From contig NVVX01000010.1 of assembly GCA_002733545.1 (NCBI GenBank), positions 1 through 55,646 on the forward strand: 55,646 bases of DNA, given 5' to 3'. The notes under the pieces were generated by a model, which did no database searches, was not told the origin of the DNA, and saw nothing but the letters and a program-made list of their open reading frames with translations. The DNA comes from Alkaliphilus sp. GTDB lineage: Bacteria > Bacillota > Clostridia > Peptostreptococcales > NVVX01. Below, piece after piece: positions 1 through 6,521 of this stretch. Within the stretch, counting starts at the first letter, position 1. The number at the start of each line of letters is the position of its first letter. The position numbers and the translations under genes were made by a program.

Positions 1-82
1 TGACAGATTTCCTAAGTGTAGTCTAAATGAAACCTGTCAAACGAAACGTCCCCACGACACCACCCACGACACCACGCGACAC
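1..82. repeat. Window-truncated copy of the GC-rich hairpin repeat (module B: loop plus right arm), followed by three tandem CCACGACAC-like units
   Basis: Positions 1-61 equal 671-731 with one mismatch (A7 vs G677). Units CCACGACAC (52-60), CCACGACAC (64-72) and CACGCGACAC (73-82). Confidence 0.85.
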
Positions 83-119
83 AGTATAAAGTTTTTAATA
101 TTTTAAGGAGGTGAAACAA

Positions 120-365
120 ATGGCTGTTAAGATAAGATTAAAAAGAATGGGTTCTAAAAAAAGACCTTTTTACAGAGTAGTAGTTGCTGATTCAAGATCA
201 CCAAGAGATGGTAGATTTATCGAAGAAATAGGATACTACAATCCAATTTCCGATCCAAAGGAAATTAAAATAAAAGGTGAAAGAGCTTTAAAATGGCTTA
301 AAGATGGAGCACAACCAACAGATACAGTGAAGTTTTTATTGAAAAAAACTGGTATTATTGAGTAG
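120..365 (+). CDS. rpsP: 30S ribosomal protein S16
   Basis: ATG at 120 lies 8 nt after AAGGAGG (105-111). Product [35 protein letters not shown] is canonical S16. The track ORF starts at an in-frame upstream GTG (111). Confidence 0.95.
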   Translation: MAVKIRLKRMGSKKRPFYRVVVADSRSPRDGRFIEEIGYYNPISDPKEIKIKGERALKWLKDGAQPTDTVKFLLKKTGIIE

Positions 366-385
366 CTGGCAATGGAGGTTTTCTA

Positions 386-616
386 ATGAAAGAACTTGTG
401 AGAGTAATTATTGAAGCTTTAGTAGATCAACCTGAAAAAATTGAGATAACTGAAACTGAAGGCAAGCAGACCATTATTATTGAGATTAAAGTCGCTCAAG
501 AAGATATGGGAAAAGTAATTGGCAAACAAGGAAGAATTGCAAAAGCAATGAGAACTGTAGTAAAATCAGCTGCAATGAGAGATAATAAGAAAGTTATTAT
601 TGAAATTGTAGACTAG
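386..616 (+). CDS. khpA: KH-domain RNA-binding protein (YlqC/KhpA, UPF0109)
   Basis: 76 aa with the KH GXXG motif (VIGKQGRIAKAMRTV). Conserved position between rpsP and rimM. Confidence 0.85.
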   Translation: MKELVRVIIEALVDQPEKIEITETEGKQTIIIEIKVAQEDMGKVIGKQGRIAKAMRTVVKSAAMRDNKKVIIEIVD

Positions 617-620
617 TAGA

Positions 621-741
621 GTCAGACAAGGTGGCAGGGACTTGTCTTGGTGTCGTGGGGACGTTTCGTTTGACAGGTTTCCTAAGTGTAGTCTAAATGA
701 AACCTGTCAAACGAAACGTCCCCACGACACCCCTTGTCTGA
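621..741. repeat. Composite palindromic repeat element with a perfect 32-bp stem
   Basis: 649-680 is the exact reverse complement of 700-731, with a 19-nt loop CCTAAGTGTAGTCTAAATG. An outer 10-bp stem pairs 622-631 (TCAGACAAGG) with 732-741 (CCTTGTCTGA). The unpaired 632-648 segment carries the GGCAGGGACTTG module seen in the other copies. Confidence 0.9.
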
Positions 742-762
742 TACTAAGATAGCAGGTGTTAA

Positions 763-1272
763 ATGTCTAACAAACTAAGAATAGGTCAAATCGTTGGTAC
801 GCATGGTTTAAAAGGTGCAGTCAAAGTTTATCCTCTTACTGACTATATTGAGAGATTTGAGGAACTTGATTACGTTTTTGTGGAGGATACTAATGAAAAA
901 TTAATTATAGCTGGTATCAAATACAAACCTAATATAGTTATTTTACAACTAGAGAAATACGATGATATTAATAAAGTTGAAAAATTTAGAGACAGCTATT
1001 TAATAATTGAAGAGAAACAAAGAAGAAATCTACCAGAAGATACTTACTATATAACCGATATAATAGGGCTTAGTGTGTATACTCTTGACAATAAATATAT
1101 TGGTAAAGTAGAAAATATAATACAATCAGGATCAAATGAAGTTTACGTGATTAAAGATGATAAAAAACGAGAAACGCTAATTCCTTCTGTAAAGGAATTT
1201 ATTGTAGAAATTAATTTGAGAGAAAAAAAAATCGTAGTAAATCCTATTGATGGAATGATAGAATGGTTATAA
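763..1272 (+). CDS. rimM: 16S rRNA processing protein RimM
   Basis: N-terminus [18 protein letters not shown] and a PRC-barrel-like C-terminus. Overlaps trmD as in other Firmicutes. Confidence 0.9.
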   Translation: MSNKLRIGQIVGTHGLKGAVKVYPLTDYIERFEELDYVFVEDTNEKLIIAGIKYKPNIVILQLEKYDDINKVEKFRDSYLIIEEKQRRNLPEDTYYITDIIGLSVYTLDNKYIGKVENIIQSGSNEVYVIKDDKKRETLIPSVKEFIVEINLREKKIVVNPIDGMIEWL

Positions 1273-1958
1273 AAATACTAACTCTATTTCCGCAAATGTT
1301 TACGGGTATGCTAAGTGAGAGTATAATTAAAAGAGCGATTGAAGATGAAAAAATAGATATTGATTGTATACAAATAAGAGACTACGCTTCGAATAAACAT
1401 AAGAAAGTTGATGATTACCCATATGGTGGTGGAGCGGGCATGGTAATGACGCCACAACCGCTATTTGATGCCCATGAGTACGCTTTAGATTCATTAACCA
1501 ATATTAAAACTGAAGAAAAAAACAAGATTAGAACAATATATATGACACCAAAAGGTAGAGTATTTAATCAAGATATGGCAAAAGAATTATCTAAAGAAAG
1601 CTCTTTAATATTTATTTGTGGTCATTATGAGGGTGTTGATCAAAGGGTGATTGAAACTCTTGTGACCGATGAAATTTCAATTGGAGACTATGTATTGACT
1701 GGAGGAGAAATACCAGCGATGGTAGTAATAGATGCAACAGTAAGATTAATTCCAGGGGTTGTATCTAATGAAGAGTCAATAGTAGACGAATCACATTCTA
1801 ACAATCTCCTTGAGTACCCGCAATATACTAGACCACAAGAGTTTAGAGGGATGGAAGTCCCTGGGATTTTATTGTCGGGACATCATAAAAACATTGAAGA
1901 ATGGCGTAGAAATAAATCTCTAGAGATAACAAAAAATAGAAGACCAGATTTAGTGTAA
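1263..1958 (+). CDS. trmD: tRNA (guanine37-N1)-methyltransferase
   Basis: [22 protein letters not shown] and [10 protein letters not shown] motifs typical of TrmD. Confidence 0.95.
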   Translation: MVIKILTLFPQMFTGMLSESIIKRAIEDEKIDIDCIQIRDYASNKHKKVDDYPYGGGAGMVMTPQPLFDAHEYALDSLTNIKTEEKNKIRTIYMTPKGRVFNQDMAKELSKESSLIFICGHYEGVDQRVIETLVTDEISIGDYVLTGGEIPAMVVIDATVRLIPGVVSNEESIVDESHSNNLLEYPQYTRPQEFRGMEVPGILLSGHHKNIEEWRRNKSLEITKNRRPDLV

Positions 1959-2050
1959 AAGTGTGAGGCTGTTCGTTTAATAGGTAATGTCTACCGTAAA
2001 ATAGAAAACGCACACAAACCATCTTGGACTTTTACAAGCAAGGATATTTT

Positions 2051-2112
2051 TGTGGTTAATAGTAGGTTAATAGTAGGTTAATTGTGGTTAATTGTAGGTT
2101 AATTGTAAATAA
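2051..2112. repeat. Tandem 10-11 bp repeat, T(A/T)GT(A)GGTTAA x5 plus one degenerate unit
   Basis: Units: TGTGGTTAA (2051-2059), TAGTAGGTTAA (2060-2070), TAGTAGGTTAA (2071-2081), TTGTGGTTAA (2082-2091), TTGTAGGTTAA (2092-2102), TTGTAAATAA (2103-2112). It ends 19 bp upstream of the rplS -35. Confidence 0.9.
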
Positions 2113-2130
2113 AAAATTTGCCATTTAGTA

Positions 2131-2159
2131 TTGCTATTACATTTCACTTATGATACAAT
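2131..2159 (+). promoter_or_regulatory. Sigma-A-type promoter for rplS (extended -10)
   Basis: TTGCTA (2131-2136), a 17-nt spacer ending in TGA, then TACAAT (2154-2159). It lies about 65 nt upstream of the rplS ATG. Confidence 0.6.
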
Positions 2160-2225
2160 AATAGAGTTATAATGGGCGGTCCTCTGTTTGAGAATATGAA
2201 CGTCTAGAAAGGAAGGAGGGCAATT

Positions 2226-2576
2226 ATGGATATTATTAGATCGATTGAACAAGAGCAATTAAAAGGTGATGTTGACAAATTTGTTACTGGAGACACTGTG
2301 AGAGTACATGTTAAAATTAAAGAGGGTACTAGAGAAAGAGTGCAGGTGTATGAAGGTATCGTAATTAAAAAACAAGGCGGAAGCGTAGCTGAAACTTTCA
2401 CAGTAAGAAAAATATCTTACGGAGTTGGAGTTGAAAGAACTTTTCCACTACATTCACCTAAAATTGAAAAAGTTGAGGTTATTAAAAAAGGTAGAGTTAG
2501 AAGAGCTAGATTATTCTATTTAAGAGATAGAATAGGGAAAGCTGCATTTAAGATTAAAGCGAGAAAAGACAAATAA
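2226..2576 (+). CDS. rplS: 50S ribosomal protein L19
   Basis: [26 protein letters not shown] and [22 protein letters not shown] are canonical L19. Preceded by the RBS GGAAGGAGGG. Confidence 0.95.
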   Translation: MDIIRSIEQEQLKGDVDKFVTGDTVRVHVKIKEGTRERVQVYEGIVIKKQGGSVAETFTVRKISYGVGVERTFPLHSPKIEKVEVIKKGRVRRARLFYLRDRIGKAAFKIKARKDK

Positions 2577-2584
2577 AAATCACG

Positions 2585-2616
2585 AAAGGCGGGCTAATAC
2601 CTCGCCTTTTGTTTTT
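2585..2616 (+). terminator. Rho-independent terminator after rplS
   Basis: Stem AAAGGCGGG (2585-2593) pairs with CTCGCCTTT (2601-2609), loop CTAATAC, followed by TTTTGTTTTT. Confidence 0.85.
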
Positions 2617-2627
2617 GAAGTAAGATT

Positions 2628-2693
2628 GGGAACAGGGACGTGTCTGGTCAAACTGTTTTGAAAACTAGACTAGTCCCTGTCCCCTTGTCTGAC
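2628..2693. repeat. Palindromic repeat (module A, GGGGACAGGGAC family), imperfect hairpin with right terminus CCTTGTCTGAC
   Basis: GGGAACAGGGACGTGTCTGGT (2628-2648) pairs with ACTAGACTAGTCCCTGTCCCC (2664-2684): 17 Watson-Crick pairs plus one G-U out of 21. It ends in CCTTGTCTGAC (2683-2693), the same terminus as the 621-741 element. Confidence 0.8.
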
Positions 2694-2722
2694 TAGATGA
2701 AAAACAAAGAAAGGCTGATAAA

Positions 2723-3574
2723 ATGAATATACACTGGTATCCAGGACATATGAAGAAAACAAAGGATCTTGTAAAAGAGCAACTCAAGTTAGTTGACGTA
2801 ATATTTGAACTTTTAGATGCGAGAATTCCTATTAGCAGTAAAAACCCGGACATTGATTCAATGATAGGCACTAAGCCTAAAGTAGTAATTTTAAATAAGG
2901 CAGACTTAGCGGATCCAAGAGCTACTGCATTATGGGTAGAATACTTTAAAGAGAAAGGAACAATTGCAATTCCCGTTAATTCAGTAGGCGGCAAAGGTCT
3001 TCATGATGTTATGAAAGTAGCAGAAATGAAGGTTAAAGAAAAAATGGACGCGCTTATTAAAAAAGGGAGAAGAGCTAGGGCTATAAGAGTTATGGTGGTA
3101 GGAATACCAAATGTGGGCAAATCATCGATAATAAATAAATTAGTGAATAAAAAAAGTGCGAGAACGGGAGATAAACCTGGCGTCACTAAAGGGAAGCAAT
3201 GGGTACGGCTAAAAGGAAATATAGAGCTCTTAGACACACCAGGTATTTTATGGCCAAAATTTGAGGACCCAGAAGTAGGAAAGAAACTTGCATTTACAGG
3301 AGCTATAAAAGATGAGCTTCTTGATACTGAAACTTTGTCTCTATATTTAATTGAGAATTTATTAGTGGGATACAAAGCAAACATAGTTAAAAGATATAAC
3401 TTAGTTGGAGAAATGAACGAGCCACTTAACGTGTTAAATGAAATTGCAAAAAATAGAGGGTTTATAGTTAAAGGTGGAGAACCTGATTATTTAAGAACTG
3501 CAAATATTGTTCTAGACGAGTTTAGAGCGAGCAAAATAGGGAAAATAACTTTAGAGAGACCAAGTGTTAAGTAG
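2723..3574 (+). CDS. rbgA: Ribosome biogenesis GTPase A (YlqF, circularly permuted GTPase)
   Basis: Permuted G-motif order: NKADL (G4), then GIPNVGKSS (G1), then DTPG (G3). N-terminus IHWYPGHMKK. Confidence 0.9.
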   Translation: MNIHWYPGHMKKTKDLVKEQLKLVDVIFELLDARIPISSKNPDIDSMIGTKPKVVILNKADLADPRATALWVEYFKEKGTIAIPVNSVGGKGLHDVMKVAEMKVKEKMDALIKKGRRARAIRVMVVGIPNVGKSSIINKLVNKKSARTGDKPGVTKGKQWVRLKGNIELLDTPGILWPKFEDPEVGKKLAFTGAIKDELLDTETLSLYLIENLLVGYKANIVKRYNLVGEMNEPLNVLNEIAKNRGFIVKGGEPDYLRTANIVLDEFRASKIGKITLERPSVK

Positions 3575-3589
3575 TATTTGTAAACGCTT

Positions 3590-4237
3590 GTGGTAAAAAG
3601 CATGGATATGATGAGCATTGAAACAGAAATTTGGGGACAAGGGTATAAGACTGTTGCTTTTGTAGATGAAGTGGGTAGAGGCTGTTTATTTGGCGATGTA
3701 GTAGCTGCTGCGATAGTTTTGCCAATTGGATTAAAAATAGATGGGGTTAACGATTCTAAGAAACTGTCTGCGAAAAAGAGAGAGAGTTTATTCGTGATTA
3801 TTAAAGATCGGTCTATTGCTATTGGAATAGGGATAGTATCTGCGGAAGAAATCGATAGAATAAACATTAGAAATGCGTCAAAACTTGCAATGAAGAAAGC
3901 TGTAGAGAAGCTAACTAGTTCAAACGGGGAAAAAGTGATTGCTGATTTTATTATGATTGATGCAGAAAACATTGAAATTGATCTTCCGCAAAAGGCAATA
4001 ATTAAAGGTGATTCACTTTCTCATGGGATTGCAGCTGCTTCAATAATTGCTAAAGTAACTAGAGATAAAATGTGCTTAGAATGGGCTAAGGATTATCCCG
4101 CTTATGGGCTTGAAAAACATAAAGGCTATGCAACGAAAATGCATAAAGAAGCTTTGCTTGAATATGGAGCTAGTAATTTGCATAGAAGGAGTTTTTTAAA
4201 GAAAATTCTTAAAGTTAATCAAGGAAGCAGGGACTAG
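3590..4237 (+). CDS. rnhB: Ribonuclease HII
   Basis: VDEVGRGCLFGDVVAAA and DSKKLSAKKRE motifs. The start is uncertain (GTG 3590 or ATG 3602/3608). The last six codons and the TAG stop lie in a repeat half-copy (4220-4243). Confidence 0.9.
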   Translation: MVKSMDMMSIETEIWGQGYKTVAFVDEVGRGCLFGDVVAAAIVLPIGLKIDGVNDSKKLSAKKRESLFVIIKDRSIAIGIGIVSAEEIDRINIRNASKLAMKKAVEKLTSSNGEKVIADFIMIDAENIEIDLPQKAIIKGDSLSHGIAAASIIAKVTRDKMCLEWAKDYPAYGLEKHKGYATKMHKEALLEYGASNLHRRSFLKKILKVNQGSRD

Positions 4238-4243
4238 TCTGAC
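4220..4243. repeat. Half-copy of the module A repeat, overlapping the rnhB 3' end
   Basis: CAAGGAAGCAGGGACTAGTCTGAC compares with CAAGGGGACAGGGACTAGTCTGG (the reverse complement of 4706-4728). The rnhB TAG stop (4235-4237) lies inside it. Confidence 0.75.
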
Positions 4244-4282
4244 GTGATGTAGCGAATCGACACTAAGGGGGAAAGTATTCAT

Positions 4283-4630
4283 ATGAACAAGAAAGTAGGG
4301 GCGTTTGGTGAAGAAGTGAGTGAGAAATTCTTAATTAATAAAGGATATAAAATATTACACACTAATTATAAAACTAAAATAGGAGAAATAGACATAATAG
4401 CTAGGAAAGACAATGTGATTTGCTACATTGAGGTGAAAACTAGAAGATCATCTAAATTTGGGATGCCTTGTGAGGCCGTAAATAATAAGAAACAAAAGGT
4501 TTATAGAATGGTTGCTAGTCAACATGTAAAACATTATGTAAACAAATTCATTGATTTTAGGTTTGATGTAATTGAAGTTGTATTGAAAAATAGAAAGTGC
4601 TACATCAGGCATTTAGAAAATGCTTTTTAG
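4283..4630 (+). CDS. yraN: YraN-family (UPF0102) predicted endonuclease
   Basis: GEIDIIA...CYIEVKTR core typical of UPF0102. Conserved position after rnhB. Confidence 0.8.
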   Translation: MNKKVGAFGEEVSEKFLINKGYKILHTNYKTKIGEIDIIARKDNVICYIEVKTRRSSKFGMPCEAVNNKKQKVYRMVASQHVKHYVNKFIDFRFDVIEVVLKNRKCYIRHLENAF

Positions 4631-4644
4631 TTAGGTAAACCAAA

Positions 4645-4749
4645 GTCAGATAAGAAGCAACGAGACAAGGGGACAGGGACTTGACTAGTCGCATTGTTTT
4701 GGAAACCAGACTAGTCCCTGTCCCCTTGGCTGACTTGAATTTTGTCTGA
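4645..4749. repeat. Palindromic repeat (module A) with a perfect 16-bp stem and duplicated termini
   Basis: 4666-4681 (CAAGGGGACAGGGACT) pairs perfectly with 4713-4728. Termini are GTCAGATAAG (4645-4654) and CCTTGGCTGAC (4724-4734). Extra partial termini occur at AGACAAGG (4663-4670) and TTGTCTGA (4742-4749). Confidence 0.8.
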
Positions 4750-4752
4750 ATT

Positions 4753-4781
4753 AAAAAAGATGCCTATATAGGCATCTTTTT
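4753..4781. terminator. Bidirectional rho-independent terminator shared by yraN (+) and the aminomutase gene (-)
   Basis: AAAAAAGATGCC-TATATA-GGCATCTTTTT: a 7-bp GC-containing core stem flanked by an A-run and a T-run. It sits between the convergent stops at 4630 and 4791. Confidence 0.85.
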
Positions 4782-4790
4782 AGTAACTAC

Positions 4791-6065
4791 TTAAATCAAT
4801 TCTTCAATTGGCACAGTTGGATAATTAGGATAATTCATTACTTCACCTTCCCAGGTTCTTATCTTAATATGATCCTTGCCTCTTGAAATCAGGTAAGTAG
4901 GAAGTATTGGAGTTTTACCTTTGCCCCCTGTAGCATTAACAATGTAAGTAGGTATCGCCATACCAGAAGTATATCCTCTTAAATACTCCATTATTTCTAT
5001 ACCATCATCTACAGAAGTGTTAAAATGTGTTGTTCCAATTACTTTTTTAGCATGGAAAATGTAATATGGTCGCACTCTAATTTTTAACATCTCATGATTC
5101 ATTAATCTCATTACAAATTTATCATTGTTTATTCCATTGAGTAATACTGCTTGGTTACCTATTGGAACGCCGATGTTAGCTAGCTTATCACATGCTTCCT
5201 TAGATTCTTTTGTAATTTCAATTGGGTGATTGAAATGTGTATTTATATAAATTGGCGCATATTTTTTTAGAATGTTTATTAAATTATCTGAAACTCTTTG
5301 TGGCATGGTAACTAAAGTTCTTGTGCCTAGTCTAATATAATCAACAGATTCGATTGAGTGTAATTCACCTAACAGCCAGTCAAGAGTTGAATCGGGCAAA
5401 GCAAAGGCGTCACCACCAGTAATAAGTACATCTCTAATTTCTGGATTAGCCCTTATGTAGTCAACAGATTCTTGCAGTTTTGCTCTTGAAACATGGTTGT
5501 CAGAACCCCCAATGTTTCTTCTCCTTTGACAATGTCTGCAATACATAGCACATTCATTAGTTACGTTAATAATCAACCTATCAGGATATCTTCTTGTAAT
5601 AGAGCCTGCAGGATTTGTAAATTCTTCAGCCATAGGGTCAACTGAGCCATCAGATGGTGCAAGTTCGGTCGCAGTTGGAATAGACAGAAGTTTAATAGGG
5701 CAGTATTTATTGTCCTCATCAACTAAAGATAAGTAATAAGGTGAAATTGCCCATCTAAATTCTTTTCCCACACTTTTAACTGCTTCTATTTCTGAATCGG
5801 TAAGTGTAATTATTCTAGTTAATGTATCAACATCAGCAATCCTGTTTTTTAATTGCCATTGCCAGTCATCCCAATCGTTTTCTGTAGCATTAAACAAAGA
5901 TAACATTTTTTGTTTTAATCTTTCCTGTTTCAGGACATACTTTAAAGCCATACCTTTTGGGATTGAATCCTTTACGTCTATGTAGTCTTGTATTCTAGAC
6001 TTTAGTTGTCTAGCGCGGTCTAGTGAAATCTCTCTACTGGTACTTGCTTTTTTGGAACACTCCAT
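4791..6065 (-). CDS. eam: KamA-family radical-SAM PLP aminomutase, most likely glutamate 2,3-aminomutase
   Basis: CxxxCxxC cluster CAMYCRHC and the PLP-lysine region GGKGKTP. It aligns along its length with my recollection of the Clostridium subterminale lysine 2,3-aminomutase sequence. The two Asp residues that bind the lysine epsilon-amine are replaced: YYIFHAKKVIG (Lys) and YIVNATGG (Asn). The RBS GGAGG is on the minus strand at 6073-6077. Confidence 0.7.
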   Translation of the reverse strand: MECSKKASTSREISLDRARQLKSRIQDYIDVKDSIPKGMALKYVLKQERLKQKMLSLFNATENDWDDWQWQLKNRIADVDTLTRIITLTDSEIEAVKSVGKEFRWAISPYYLSLVDEDNKYCPIKLLSIPTATELAPSDGSVDPMAEEFTNPAGSITRRYPDRLIINVTNECAMYCRHCQRRRNIGGSDNHVSRAKLQESVDYIRANPEIRDVLITGGDAFALPDSTLDWLLGELHSIESVDYIRLGTRTLVTMPQRVSDNLINILKKYAPIYINTHFNHPIEITKESKEACDKLANIGVPIGNQAVLLNGINNDKFVMRLMNHEMLKIRVRPYYIFHAKKVIGTTHFNTSVDDGIEIMEYLRGYTSGMAIPTYIVNATGGKGKTPILPTYLISRGKDHIKIRTWEGEVMNYPNYPTVPIEELI

Positions 6066-6198
6066 TTTTTTTCCTCCTAGTTGGTATTATTAAAAATCGT
6101 AAAAATATCATTATATAATTTGTTTTTTAAGCTTCAATTATTATGTGGAAAATCTTGAAAACTATGCAAACCTTACTTTGTTAATAATCTTCACTAAT

Positions 6199-6226
6199 AT
6201 TATAACAGTTGTTAAAAAAAATGCAA
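6199..6226 (-). promoter_or_regulatory. Candidate sigma-A promoter for the aminomutase gene
   Basis: On the minus strand: TTGCAT (complement of 6221-6226), a 16-nt spacer, then TATAAT (complement of 6199-6204). This implies a leader of about 125 nt. Confidence 0.35.
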
Positions 6227-6392
6227 GCAAAATTTCAAATTGTATGGAATAGACGAATAAATGCAAGATTTCATTCACAAAGCTTCATTTTTTGTAAATG
6301 TAGAAATTAGTTTGAAAATGTAGAAACGTGTTAATTTCCGAGGAAATTTAATCGTTCAAAGTAAATTTACTTACAGGTATTCTAAAAAAAAT

Positions 6393-6421
6393 TTGCACAA
6401 GATTCTTTTAACTGCTATAAT
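6393..6421 (+). promoter_or_regulatory. Candidate sigma-A promoter for the acyltransferase-dprA-topA unit
   Basis: TTGCAC (6393-6398), a 17-nt spacer, then consensus TATAAT (6416-6421). It lies about 100 nt upstream of ATG 6522. Confidence 0.5.
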
Positions 6422-6521
6422 CAAATTTGGACAGTATATTTGTTCGTGTGGTACTATCTTGTGAATAATATTTACTGCTATATAGATATGATCGCAGCAC
6501 CATGAAAAGGAAGTGAATAAC

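Noticed and set aside
2160-2225. The L19 leader RNA motif upstream of rplS.
   Set aside because: The position fits: a leader of about 60 nt after the promoter, with a possible CCTC (2171-2174) to GGAGG anti-SD pairing. I cannot verify the Rfam L19-leader consensus from memory, so I leave it uncalled. A cmscan against Rfam would decide it.
2665-3972. Long minus-strand ORFs antisense to rbgA and rnhB (2665-2994, 3001-3384, 3487-3972).
   Set aside because: They lie entirely within well-supported + strand genes and have low-complexity Ser/Leu/Phe/Ile-rich products typical of the antisense frame of AT-rich coding DNA. None has an RBS. The 2665-2994 ORF even ends inside the intergenic repeat.
1-4749. 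Whether the GC-rich repeats are a CRISPR array or degenerate CRISPR repeats, given the GTTTC...GAAAC-like ends in the 32-bp hairpin element.
   Set aside because: Copies are separated by whole genes, not by 25-40 bp spacers. They are long self-complementary palindromes of unequal length, and no cas genes are present.
6066-6198. A lysine (L-box) or other riboswitch in the roughly 125-nt leader of the aminomutase gene.
   Set aside because: The leader is extremely AT-rich, with no recognisable conserved L-box helices or any extended stem that I could pair by eye. An Rfam/Infernal scan would be needed to exclude it formally.
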